In this document: positions 6,960 through 14,876 of the stretch, piece after piece
How positions within the stretch are numbered: position 1 is the first letter of the stretch
Layout: each line of letters starts with the position of its first letter
From: a virus
IMG/VR virus record: IMGVR_UViG_3300045988_081107
Coordinates: 1-41,549 of that record
DNA: 41,549 nt
Strand: one strand, 5' to 3'
The notes under the pieces: generated by a model
What the model was told of the DNA's origin: nothing
Databases searched by the model: none
The model's input: the letters and a program-made list of their open reading frames with translations, nothing else
Program-made: the position numbers and the translations under genes

Positions 6960-7154
6960 ATGGAGGTGGAAAACTTGCCGACCATTGAATGGAAAGCCGA
7001 AGTGGCTAAGCGCAAAATGATGCTTGGCTGGGGCAACCGTGAACTGGCCTTGCACGCGGGCTTATCCAAAGGCGTTGTGGACAAATACTTGTCCGGGCAC
7101 TACCCCAACGAAACGCCCCGGGAACTGATCGAGACCGCTTTGGGAATGAGGTGA
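6960..7154 (+). CDS. Cro-like small HTH protein
   Basis: The HTH-like segment is NRELALHAGLSKGVVDKYLSG. The ATG at 6960 has no RBS. A TTG at 6975 lies 8 nt after GGAGG and is the more likely start. Confidence 0.7.
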   Translation: MEVENLPTIEWKAEVAKRKMMLGWGNRELALHAGLSKGVVDKYLSGHYPNETPRELIETALGMR

Positions 7155-7159
7155 CGCGG

Positions 7160-7318
7160 ATGTTGGCTTATCTGATGTGCTTTATGGCAGGCTGCTGCCT
7201 GATGGCGTTTTTGCTTATCTGCGCCACAAGGCCGCCCCGCAAAATGATGGGGGTCTGGCTGGCGTATTTTGGCTTGATCATGGCGCTTTCGTGGCGCATA
7301 GGAGGTTTGATGGTATGA
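7160..7318 (+). CDS. Small hydrophobic membrane protein (52 aa)
   Basis: The ATG lies 5 nt after GAGGTGA. It translates to MLAYLMCFMAGCCLMAFLLICATRPPRKMMGVWLAYFGLIMALSWRIGGLMV, with two hydrophobic segments. It is not in the ORF track (<60 aa), and its stop overlaps the next start (ATGA). Confidence 0.55.
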   Translation: MLAYLMCFMAGCCLMAFLLICATRPPRKMMGVWLAYFGLIMALSWRIGGLMV

Positions 7319-7536
7319 AATGTGCATTTATTTTGGCTGATCTGATGGTCGCCCTTGGCCGCGACCCCTACCACGCAGCCTGCACCGAGATGTGGCTGAT
7401 GGTAATGATCATCGCGCCGGCGCTGGTGCTTGCCCCTTACCTGCTGTGCTGCTGGGACGAGTACATGCGTGCCGAAAACGCCCGCAGAAGGGCGGCACGG
7501 AAGCGGATCTATGAGAGGGCGCGGAACCATGAGTGA
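7315..7536 (+). CDS. Small membrane protein with a basic C-terminus (73 aa)
   Basis: GGAGG RBS. It has the hydrophobic segment MWLMVMIIAPALVLAPYLLCCW followed by ENARRRAARKRIYERARNHE. Confidence 0.6.
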   Translation: MKCAFILADLMVALGRDPYHAACTEMWLMVMIIAPALVLAPYLLCCWDEYMRAENARRRAARKRIYERARNHE

Positions 7537-8176
7537 TATTGTTCACCGCTGCAAAGACTGCGGCGCGGCGTTGCCGGAAGGCACCGGAAGCCGCAGACTG
7601 TACTGTGATGCCTGCCGCAAGCTCCGAAAGAAAGAGACCGACCACAACTATCAGAAAAAGCACATTCTCAGGAAAAGCCCAAAGCCGCCCGTGGTGCGTT
7701 ATTGCATCGTGTGCGGCAAGGCACTCCCGGCGGGGTCTACGGCGAACCGGAAGTATTGCCTTTCTTGTAGCGAGAAGGTGAATTTGGAAAAAGCAAGAGA
7801 ACGCGCCCGGCGGGCGTTGGCAGCTAAGCCGAAGGTCAAAAAGCCTACGCCGCTGCCAAAGCCTGCACCGAAGGAGAAGCTTTCTCCCGGCAGGCACCGC
7901 AAGGTGGACAAACCCTGCAAAGAGTGCGGCACGATGATGTACGGCGTGGACCCCGGCAAAATGTTTTGCGATGCTTGCAAAAAGAGCAGATACGGAAAGT
8001 CCAGCGCGGATGCCGGCACGCTGCCCGGCATTGTAAAACCCAAGGAAAAGCCCAAGACCAACCACGACCTGATCGTGGATGATAATGCTGCTGCCGCAGC
8101 CAAGGGCATGAGCTATGGCAAATTCAAGGAATGGCAGCGCAGACAGAAGGAGTTGAAAGAGCGTGGCGAAATCTAA
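7529..8176 (+). CDS. Protein with three zinc-ribbon repeats
   Basis: The start at ATG 7529 overlaps the upstream stop. There are three CxxC-(12-16)-CxxC units (CKDCG..CDAC, CIVCG..CLSC, CKECG..CDAC) separated by Lys/Pro-rich linkers. Confidence 0.75.
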   Translation: MSDIVHRCKDCGAALPEGTGSRRLYCDACRKLRKKETDHNYQKKHILRKSPKPPVVRYCIVCGKALPAGSTANRKYCLSCSEKVNLEKARERARRALAAKPKVKKPTPLPKPAPKEKLSPGRHRKVDKPCKECGTMMYGVDPGKMFCDACKKSRYGKSSADAGTLPGIVKPKEKPKTNHDLIVDDNAAAAAKGMSYGKFKEWQRRQKELKERGEI

Positions 8177-8399
8177 TAGACCCGAAGCGTGGCACGACAG
8201 CTACAAAGCTATTTTTGGCCGATATGGCTGCATCCGGCTGACTTTGGAGCAGGTCAGCGTATGTATGGGTATCCCGGCGCGGTATGTGCGCAAGCGCTAC
8301 CCGGAAGGCTGGTCTAACATGGCCGGGAAGGAAGGCTCCGGTCGGGGCAACACGATCCGGCTGGATACCCTGCTGGATCAGGAATATAAAACTCACTGA
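8163..8399 (+). CDS. Hypothetical small protein, possibly DNA-binding
   Basis: GTG start 10 nt after AAGGAG. The segment LTLEQVSVCMGIPARYVRKRY is HTH-like. 78 aa. Confidence 0.55.
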   Translation: MAKSNRPEAWHDSYKAIFGRYGCIRLTLEQVSVCMGIPARYVRKRYPEGWSNMAGKEGSGRGNTIRLDTLLDQEYKTH

Positions 8400-8431
8400 G
8401 GTGCAGCATGGACGATAAAGGAGGAGCAAGC

Positions 8432-8674
8432 ATGAAAAAAGCTATTGTTGGCGTAGCGTCCGTATTGGCAAGCGCTTTGCTAATGGCTGGATGCAATAAG
8501 CAGGTCATCGATTTGACTTATGAATACAACTGGGCGCAGCTGAAAATGCCCGACGGAACGATTGTCGAGGGCAATGTCGAAAGCTGGTGCGACTATGAAG
8601 GCGACCAGCTTCAGGTTGTGATTGACGGCGTGACCTATCTGGTTCATTCGTCCAACATTGTTATGCGTCATTGA
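8432..8674 (+). CDS. Small lipoprotein
   Basis: GGAGGAG RBS. The signal peptide has a lipobox: MKKAIVGVASVLASALLMAG|C. 80 aa. Confidence 0.75.
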   Translation: MKKAIVGVASVLASALLMAGCNKQVIDLTYEYNWAQLKMPDGTIVEGNVESWCDYEGDQLQVVIDGVTYLVHSSNIVMRH

Positions 8675-8690
8675 CGCAAGGAGGATCTTT

Positions 8691-9218
8691 ATGAAAACCA
8701 CGATGCGCGATAAGGTTTGCAAGCTGATTGGCAAGTATCAGTATCTCGAAGACTATTACAAAACGAAATCGGCCATCTACACAGGCTTTATCATCCGGAC
8801 TGCAGAGCCTGTGCAGGCAGATATGTGCGGACAGTTCTTGGCCGATTTGAACAAGCTGCTGGAAGAGGACGACGCGAAATGCAAGACCCAGCCTGAAGAG
8901 TGGCGCGACGTAGACCCCCGCAAGACCGCCCCGGCGGGCAGGCTGATCGACCCGGAAAAGGCGGATCAGATGGTGAAAGACAGCGTTGACCGCGGCACAC
9001 CGACCCGCGAGATCGCCACCGCAAGCCGGTATCTGATGCTGGCTGCCGTGAGCATCTGCACCGACAGCATGAACGCTTTTGAGCACTATCTGCACGCAAG
9101 CGAGGACTACCAGCGGGAAAACGCAGAGTACATGGTGCTGGATGGGCGCAAGGCTGCCGCACAGATCCAGAGCATCCTCGGCGTTATGTCTGAGCTGGAG
9201 GGGCTGGAAGAGCATTAA
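8691..9218 (+). CDS. Hypothetical protein
   Basis: AAGGAGG RBS; 175 aa. Its N-terminus RDKVCKLIGKYQYLEDYY is paralogous to the next gene. Confidence 0.7.
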   Translation: MKTTMRDKVCKLIGKYQYLEDYYKTKSAIYTGFIIRTAEPVQADMCGQFLADLNKLLEEDDAKCKTQPEEWRDVDPRKTAPAGRLIDPEKADQMVKDSVDRGTPTREIATASRYLMLAAVSICTDSMNAFEHYLHASEDYQRENAEYMVLDGRKAAAQIQSILGVMSELEGLEEH

Positions 9219-9240
9219 GACCTTTTGGAGGTGGCGCGAA

Positions 9241-9417
9241 ATGGCAAGCAGGAATGGAATGCGTACCCGCGAGCGGATCTGCTATCTGATAGGCAAGTAT
9301 CAGTGCTTACTGGACGATGAACGCATCTCCGACCGGGAGAGAAAGATCTACGCGGGCGTTCTGGAAGATCTTCGGCATCTTCTGGAAACGGCAATGCAGG
9401 AAGGGCTGCAGAGTTGA
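9241..9417 (+). CDS. Hypothetical small protein, paralogous to the N-terminus of the 8691 gene
   Basis: GGAGGTGG RBS; 58 aa; contains RERICYLIGKYQCLLDDE. Confidence 0.6.
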   Translation: MASRNGMRTRERICYLIGKYQCLLDDERISDRERKIYAGVLEDLRHLLETAMQEGLQS

Positions 9418-9505
9418 GCTTCCGCATTACACCAATGGCGGCAGGTGGATAAACAAAAGCCGCTGCCAGCGCAATGCGCAGAAATAAAATTTGGAGGTAT
9501 GTATT

Positions 9506-9757
9506 ATGATCCACGAACGTAAAGGCGGGCATTTCCGCCGCCAGTACAGCGCGCAGGCCAAGAAGGCCGGCGAAGCCATGATGAAGGTGATGCGGGACTT
9601 TGCAGAGCCGCTCAGCGTGCAGGACGCGCGGGATGCGTGCACCTTCTGCCGCAGCATTCTGGAAAGTCAGGTGCGCGGCTGCCCGTACAATGACGCAGCG
9701 CTGGAAGCGGAGGAGGATCTGGATGCGGTTGCAAGCACTGATGAGCCCGATGCCTAA
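9506..9757 (+). CDS. Hypothetical protein
   Basis: GGAGG RBS 8 nt upstream of the internal ATG at 9506; 83 aa. Confidence 0.6.
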   Translation: MIHERKGGHFRRQYSAQAKKAGEAMMKVMRDFAEPLSVQDARDACTFCRSILESQVRGCPYNDAALEAEEDLDAVASTDEPDA

Positions 9758-9923
9758 ATCCCCCACTTACGAGGAGACCGCAACCGGCTACGCCATCGCC
9801 GCTATGCGCATGGCAGAGCTGCCGCCGGACACCATCCAGCAGGTGGTTACGGAGATGCGCGTTATGATCGACAAGTATTCACTGGGCGAGGCGGCGCAGA
9901 TCGCCACCTCCAGCCCCTACTGA
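9723..9923 (+). CDS. Hypothetical protein
   Basis: GAGGAGG RBS upstream of ATG 9723; 66 aa. Confidence 0.55.
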   Translation: MRLQALMSPMPKSPTYEETATGYAIAAMRMAELPPDTIQQVVTEMRVMIDKYSLGEAAQIATSSPY

Positions 9924-10540
9924 TGGAGGTGGTAAGGTTGGCAACGCCAAAAGCTTCCGGGCGCGGCAGGCCGCAGAAGAGCGCTTCTGCGGCTGTTTGT
10001 GCCCCGGACGTCAAATTCCCTGTTGAAGTGCCAAAAGCCCCACAGACAGCCCCGCAGGCGGTCTCGGTGCTGATTAAGGCCATCAGCGAGGATGCAATCA
10101 AGCTGAAGCTGCTCCCCGGCGCCAATGCCGTGCGCGATATGATGGACAAAACCTTTGGCGCTGCCGGCTGGACCATGCGGCGCTATTTTGCCGATGGGCG
10201 GCTGTGGTGTCAGGTTGGCGTATACAGCCCGCAGGAGCGGGAGTTCGTGTACAAGGACGCGGGCGGGCTTTCTCTCCCCTGCCGTGACCCGGCTCTGATG
10301 CGGGAGGTCACCAGCTTTGTGTCCGCTGCCTCCTTCTGGGGTGTCGGCAGGGACGTGATGGAGCTGGACGACATTGTGCTCAAGAGCACGCAGGTGCCCA
10401 TCGTCAAAGATGACAAGGGCACTTGTCGGTTGCAGACCAGCCTGAAGGTCGACCGCTTCGCCTACGATGACGCGGGCAGCATCACCATGGTGCAGTTTGT
10501 CACCGGCGAGGGTAAGAAAATCTTATGGCCAGAGGCGTGA
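9923..10540 (+). CDS. Rad52/Sak-like single-strand annealing protein (tentative)
   Basis: 205 aa. The segment MMDKTFGAAGWTMR resembles the Rad52-family L(N/D)xxFGxxGW motif, and the gene sits next to NinB and SSB. An alternative TTG start at 9938 lies after GGAGGTGG. Confidence 0.5.
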   Translation: MEVVRLATPKASGRGRPQKSASAAVCAPDVKFPVEVPKAPQTAPQAVSVLIKAISEDAIKLKLLPGANAVRDMMDKTFGAAGWTMRRYFADGRLWCQVGVYSPQEREFVYKDAGGLSLPCRDPALMREVTSFVSAASFWGVGRDVMELDDIVLKSTQVPIVKDDKGTCRLQTSLKVDRFAYDDAGSITMVQFVTGEGKKILWPEA

Positions 10541-11094
10541 TCGGTAAGCTGCCGGTGGTATATGACCCGGTCGCCCGGCGGGTTGTCGTGGAAAACTCTG
10601 CGGAATTTGTGGAAACACAGATCCGGCAGAAGCTGGACGAGCTGGCGCACGGCAAGCCGCTGCATCTGATTTTGTCGGTAGACCTCGAACGCAAAAGCCG
10701 TACCCTGCCCCAGAACCGCATGATGTGGGCACTGCTCACCATCATGGCAGACCACTACAACGGCGGGCGCACCGGCGGTGTGACCCCGGAGGACTGCTAC
10801 ACCGAAATGCTGGAGCAGTACGGTGCGGCATTCGACTACTTGGAGGTACCGGTGGGTGCTGTGCCCGTCTTGCGCAAGTCTTACCGGCTGGTGCACGTTG
10901 TGGAGCTGCTGAACGACAACCGCTGCACGGTGAAGTGCAGCCAGGGTTCCAGCACCTTTACCACGGAGCAGATGGGACAGCTGATCGACGGCATATTTGA
11001 CCGGCTGGCGGAAATGGGCGTCAACGACCCCAATGTTACCGCCTACTGGCAAGAGTGGCAGGAGGTGCCGAAGTGGAAAAAGAAAAAGTCGTAA
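10525..11094 (+). CDS. ninB: NinB/Orf-family recombination mediator
   Basis: RTLPQNRMMWALL matches the lambda Orf/NinB RSLDQNRKLWACL motif; 189 aa. Confidence 0.7.
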   Translation: MARGVIGKLPVVYDPVARRVVVENSAEFVETQIRQKLDELAHGKPLHLILSVDLERKSRTLPQNRMMWALLTIMADHYNGGRTGGVTPEDCYTEMLEQYGAAFDYLEVPVGAVPVLRKSYRLVHVVELLNDNRCTVKCSQGSSTFTTEQMGQLIDGIFDRLAEMGVNDPNVTAYWQEWQEVPKWKKKKS

Positions 11095-11276
11095 CTCCCG
11101 AAAACAGTATTTACATTGATGGGCTCCGATTGGGTCGCCGCCTGCTTTTTTATGCAGAAGAATTGGCAGCACATGACATCCGCGGAGAATTCGCCGGAAT
11201 TATGAAAGCATTGGATATGGTCTGGGATGAGTGTTACAGATCCTCTTCGGACACCGAAAAAGGAGAAGCAAAATGA
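11073..11276 (+). CDS. Hypothetical protein
   Basis: GTG start 7 nt after AGGAGG; 67 aa. Confidence 0.5.
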   Translation: MEKEKVVTPENSIYIDGLRLGRRLLFYAEELAAHDIRGEFAGIMKALDMVWDECYRSSSDTEKGEAK

Positions 11277-11497
11277 CACAGAAACGGTTTAAGAAGCTGC
11301 TGATGGCGCAGGGCGTCTGCGCGAACACTGCACGCGGCCTTGTGGAGTATATGAAAGCCGTCAGATACTGCATTGAAAACGGCGAAGAGGTAGTCAAACT
11401 TGCAGATGCTGAAAACGTGACGTTTGAGTGCGTGAAGATTCACCCCTACGCAGAAACCTACAAGCGGATTTTGGAAGGGCGTGATTTCCTTGTCTGA
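11273..11497 (+). CDS. Hypothetical protein
   Basis: AAAGGAG RBS. The ATG overlaps the upstream stop. 74 aa. Confidence 0.6.
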   Translation: MTQKRFKKLLMAQGVCANTARGLVEYMKAVRYCIENGEEVVKLADAENVTFECVKIHPYAETYKRILEGRDFLV

Positions 11498-11801
11498 ATC
11501 CATCATGCAGTCCCGGCGGGAGTGTTACGTCTGCCGGATGAAGTACGGCGTTGTAACCGTTAAGGACTTAGAGGAACATCATGTGCTCAACGGTCCGCTG
11601 CGCCCGGTGGCGGAGCAGTACGGCCTGAAAGTCTATCTCTGCCACCGGCACCACAACGAGCCGGGCTACAGCGCCCACTTTGACCACAAGCTGCGCCTAT
11701 ATCTGAAAAAGCAGGCACAGCGCAGTTTTGAGGATGTGTATGGGCACCGCCAGTGGATGGCGGTGGTCGGAAAGGATTATTTGAAATGCTCAACGTTGTA
11801 G
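11481..11801 (+). CDS. HNH/NinG-like Zn-binding nuclease-fold protein (tentative)
   Basis: Contains CYVC...EEHHVLNG..R..AE..GL..YLCHRHHN...AH. It sits in the recombination module. The start is uncertain (11481 or ATG 11505). Confidence 0.5.
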   Translation: MISLSESIMQSRRECYVCRMKYGVVTVKDLEEHHVLNGPLRPVAEQYGLKVYLCHRHHNEPGYSAHFDHKLRLYLKKQAQRSFEDVYGHRQWMAVVGKDYLKCSTL

Positions 11802-12259
11802 CGATCATGGGCAGGCTTGTCGCTGATCCAGAGCTGCGCACCACCACGCAGGGGCATAGTGTGTGCAGCTTCCGCATAGCGTGCGACCGCAGCTATGTGC
11901 AGCAGGGTCAGGAGCGGCAGGCAGATTTTATTGATATCGTGGCATGGCGGCAGCAGGCTGATTTTGTGTCCAAGTACTTCCAGAAGGGCAGCATGATCGC
12001 CGTTGAGGGCAGGTTGCAGACCCGGAATTATCAGGACAAGAACGGCAACAGCCGAACCGCTGTGGAGGTCGTGGCGAATAATATCAGCTTCGCGGGTGCA
12101 AAGCGTCAGGACGGTCAGAGCGTGCCCTCCTACGAGCGGCAGACTACAAGCCATGTGCAGCAGGCAAAAGCCGCGCAGAACGTTCCGCAGCCCACCTACA
12201 CGCAGGGCAGCATGGATGATTTTGCCGTGATAAACGATGACGACGATCTGCCGTTTTAA
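11786..12259 (+). CDS. ssb: Single-stranded DNA-binding protein
   Basis: The N-terminus MLNVVAIMGRLVADPELR has an OB-fold pattern, the linker is Gln-rich, and the acidic tail DDDDLPF is canonical. Confidence 0.93.
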   Translation: MLNVVAIMGRLVADPELRTTTQGHSVCSFRIACDRSYVQQGQERQADFIDIVAWRQQADFVSKYFQKGSMIAVEGRLQTRNYQDKNGNSRTAVEVVANNISFAGAKRQDGQSVPSYERQTTSHVQQAKAAQNVPQPTYTQGSMDDFAVINDDDDLPF

Positions 12260-12264
12260 TAGCC

Positions 12265-12516
12265 ATGTGGAACGACACATTCTCCGAGCGATTAAAAGAA
12301 CTGCGAAAATTAAACGGCGACACCCAAACGACGCTTAGCCAGAAGCTGTTTGTATCACAAGGAGCTGTATCTTGCTACGAGCAAGGAACGGCAAGGCCTA
12401 GTTACGAAACGCTTATTACTATCTGCAAGATATATGAAACATCCGCAGATTATCTTTTGGGGCTAACTGACATAGACCCATCTGACAACGCAAGAAAGTG
12501 TAGCCAAAATTTTTAA
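12265..12516 (+). CDS. XRE-family HTH protein
   Basis: The HTH is TQTTLSQKLFVSQGAVSCYEQG, and ADYLLGLTD is typical of Firmicutes XRE regulators. The gene is visibly more AT-rich than its neighbours. Confidence 0.8.
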   Translation: MWNDTFSERLKELRKLNGDTQTTLSQKLFVSQGAVSCYEQGTARPSYETLITICKIYETSADYLLGLTDIDPSDNARKCSQNF

Positions 12517-12536
12517 TCCTTTTAGGAGGATAACGC

Positions 12537-13412
12537 GTGAAAAGTAAAACAAAACCGAAACAGGACAGTTATGTTGTCCTGCAGCGCTGGATGCGCACCG
12601 AGCTTGGATTGAAGGGCAACGAGCTGACGGTGTACGCCATCATCTACGGCTTCTCTCAGGACGGCGAGAGCGTCTATAAAGGCGGGTACGGATACCTTGC
12701 AGACTGGACAGGCCTGAGTGAAAACGGTGCCCGGAACATCGTCAAGGAGCTTGTGGCAAAGGGACTGCTGAAGGAGCTCAAAACAATGGTGGGCGGCATC
12801 CTCGTGAACCAGTACGTTGCAGTCCGAAATCCAGCCCCGGAAACGATGCCGGAGGATGGCGCAGACCCCTACAAAAATTGTACCCCTACAAAAAATGTAC
12901 CCCTACAAAAAGTGTATCCGAACCCCTACAAAAAGTGTATCCAGACCCCTACAAAAAGTGTAGACAGGAAATATATAGGGAAACCTATAGGGAAACCTAT
13001 CTATCCGCGCGAAGAGCGCGGAACGGATACGATGGATGGATTGGATACCGCACGAGAGGATGTCTTGGAACGATTCCGGGAGCAGCTGGAACTGGACACT
13101 CTGGAGCGCCGGTACGAGCCTGAGAAATTGGAGGAACTGCTGGACAACATTGTGGACATGTACTGCTGCCCCAGCATGATCCAGACCATCGGTCAGTATC
13201 CGCAGACCACGCAGTCCATCCGCAAGCGGCTGGACAAGCTTACCAGCCAGCACATCGAGTACGTTCTGGATGCGCTGCTCAACAGCACAAAGCCTGTCCA
13301 CAACATCCGGGGCTACATACGGGCGGTACTGCTGAACGCTCCCACTACTATGGAGCATTACTATCAGGCAAAGGGCAACAGCATCGCAGCTGGCGGAGGA
13401 GGTAGGCGCTGA
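12537..13412 (+). CDS. Replication initiator / replisome-organizer-like protein containing the origin iterons
   Basis: GTG start after AGGAGG. The winged-helix-like N-terminus is LTVYAIIYGFSQDG...GYLADWTGLSENGARNIVKELVAKGLL. The iteron array lies inside the gene, as in lambda O. Confidence 0.7.
   Translation: MKSKTKPKQDSYVVLQRWMRTELGLKGNELTVYAIIYGFSQDGESVYKGGYGYLADWTGLSENGARNIVKELVAKGLLKELKTMVGGILVNQYVAVRNPAPETMPEDGADPYKNCTPTKNVPLQKVYPNPYKKCIQTPTKSVDRKYIGKPIGKPIYPREERGTDTMDGLDTAREDVLERFREQLELDTLERRYEPEKLEELLDNIVDMYCCPSMIQTIGQYPQTTQSIRKRLDKLTSQHIEYVLDALLNSTKPVHNIRGYIRAVLLNAPTTMEHYYQAKGNSIAAGGGGRR
12866..12962. repeat. Five 17-bp iterons (putative ori)
   Basis: CCCCTACAAAAA(T/A/G)TGTA occurs at 12866, 12883, 12900, 12923 and 12946. 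The first three are contiguous and the last two are separated by 6-nt spacers. Confidence 0.85.
12974..12997. repeat. Two tandem 12-bp repeats next to the iterons
   Basis: TATAGGGAAACC occurs twice, immediately after an AAATATATA stretch. Confidence 0.8.
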
Positions 13413-13588
13413 TGCAGGAGATCTGGAACGAGGAACTCTACCCTCTCCCGAAGAGCAGCCCTTGCCGCAACTGCCCTTGTAAGGCGTGCTCGCCGAATTA
13501 TTACAAGAAATGCACAACATGGCTTTCGTGGTTTGCCAAAAGCTGGGACGGCATCCAGCAGCAGGCCGCAAAAGCCGCAAGAATCTGA
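13412..13588 (+). CDS. Hypothetical Cys-rich 58-aa protein
   Basis: The ATG overlaps the upstream TGA, and AGGAGG lies 8 nt upstream. It translates to MQEIWNEELYPLPKSSPCRNCPCKACSPNYYKKCTTWLSWFAKSWDGIQQQAAKAARI. It is below the ORF-track cutoff. Confidence 0.5.
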   Translation: MQEIWNEELYPLPKSSPCRNCPCKACSPNYYKKCTTWLSWFAKSWDGIQQQAAKAARI

Positions 13589-13604
13589 GAATGGGGATAT
13601 CGTC

Positions 13605-14399
13605 ATGAGAACAATGGCAAAAATCGCGATCATCAACCTGAAAGGCGGCGTGGGCAAATCTGTCACCGCTTGCAACCTCGCCTGCCTGCTGGCAGAGATC
13701 TGGTCCCGGCGGGTGCTGGTGATGGATCTGGACAAGCAGGGCAACACCACCAAGTTTTTCAACCGCTTTGCTTATGGCCGCAAGACCATGGGCGACGTGC
13801 TTACCCTGGACGCCAAAATGCAGGATGTGATCATGCAGACGGATTTTGAGCACGTCGATCTGGCACCCAGCAACATGGAGATGCTGCTTGCCAACAAGAA
13901 CGTGATGCTGGATGTGCTGCGGCCGCAGTGGGACAGGCTGCGCAAAGCGCTGGACACCATCCACAACGACTACGATTACTGCATTATCGACTGCCCGCCT
14001 GACATCGACATGGCTACCGTCAATGCGCTGGCTGCCGCCGACTGGGTGATCATCCCGGTGGACTGCGACGAGTGGGCGATGGACGGCATGGACGAGATCC
14101 GCGAGCAGGTGGACGCCATCCGGGATGCCTATAACCCGCAGCTGGAAGTGATGGGTGTACTGGCAACCAAGTACACCCGTGGCAGGTACAGTGTGGACAC
14201 CATTAACGAGATTGCAAACATGGACTTGCCCGCCTTCCGCAACCCGGATAACAGCATCCTGCGCATCGACTACAGCGTGAAGGTCAAGGAAGCCAAGGCA
14301 CGGCACCTGCCGGTGCACAAGGTCTGTCGGAACATCAAGACCAGCGCCCAGTATAAGGCACTGGCGCAGCTGGTAAAAAAATGCGTGGAGGGCGAATGA
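13605..14399 (+). CDS. parA: ParA/Soj-type partition ATPase
   Basis: Deviant Walker A IAIINLKGGVGKSVTACNLA, plus DLDKQGN and IIDCPP motifs. The start is ATG 13605 or 13614. Confidence 0.9.
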   Translation: MRTMAKIAIINLKGGVGKSVTACNLACLLAEIWSRRVLVMDLDKQGNTTKFFNRFAYGRKTMGDVLTLDAKMQDVIMQTDFEHVDLAPSNMEMLLANKNVMLDVLRPQWDRLRKALDTIHNDYDYCIIDCPPDIDMATVNALAAADWVIIPVDCDEWAMDGMDEIREQVDAIRDAYNPQLEVMGVLATKYTRGRYSVDTINEIANMDLPAFRNPDNSILRIDYSVKVKEAKARHLPVHKVCRNIKTSAQYKALAQLVKKCVEGE

Positions 14400-14876
14400 A
14401 TGAGACTGATTGATGCGGATGTGCTGCGTAAGCGCATCGAGGAAAGAATTCGAGAGTTCGACAAAGAGACATCGGCATCCAGCGCTTTTATGGGCTATGT
14501 CTTGGATGATGTGCTTGATTACATCGATACCACGCCGACTGCTGTGCTTGAAACTGTTGCTCAGTACTGGCACAATCCTGAAACAGACCCGCCCAAGGTC
14601 GAAACCGAAGTGCTGATTTTGTACCGCAACGATATTGACGGATACGGTATTACGACAGCGCACTATGAAGATGGGAGCGTTTTTTTACAAGATAGCGTAT
14701 GGTATTGGGAAGACCTTCCCGATTGGGGAACATACGACGAAGAGCAGGATGACTACAAAATCCCGAAAGGCTGGTGGGAATACCGCCATTTCAACCCTGA
14801 CGAGGTTTACAATAACCAGATAGACCGCCCTGTTGTGGGCTGGATGCCGCTGCCGCCGAAGGAGGTAAAACAATGA
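14400..14876 (+). CDS. Hypothetical protein with a DUF551-like C-terminus
   Basis: 158 aa. The Trp-rich C-terminus ends in VVGWMPLPP, as I recall for DUF551 phage proteins. It is translationally coupled between parA and the ParB-like gene. Confidence 0.6.
   Translation: MRLIDADVLRKRIEERIREFDKETSASSAFMGYVLDDVLDYIDTTPTAVLETVAQYWHNPETDPPKVETEVLILYRNDIDGYGITTAHYEDGSVFLQDSVWYWEDLPDWGTYDEEQDDYKIPKGWWEYRHFNPDEVYNNQIDRPVVGWMPLPPKEVKQ

Noticed and set aside
8432-8674. The small lipoprotein as an Ltp-type superinfection exclusion factor
   Set aside because: Only the lipobox is recognisable. The gene lies in the early lytic operon rather than the lysogeny module, and it has no visible similarity to Ltp repeats. 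I kept it as a plain lipoprotein call.
12866-12997. Possibility that the short direct repeats are a CRISPR array
   Set aside because: The repeats are 17 bp, contiguous or separated by only 6 nt, lie inside an intact reading frame and have no unique spacers or cas genes. They are iterons, not CRISPR.
12903-14663. 586-aa ORF on the minus strand, the longest ORF in this part of the track
   Set aside because: It lies antisense to the well-supported replication initiator, ParA and DUF551-like genes. It has no RBS, its composition is Arg/His/Val/Gln-rich and low in complexity, and it carries no motifs. It is a typical shadow ORF of GC-rich coding DNA.
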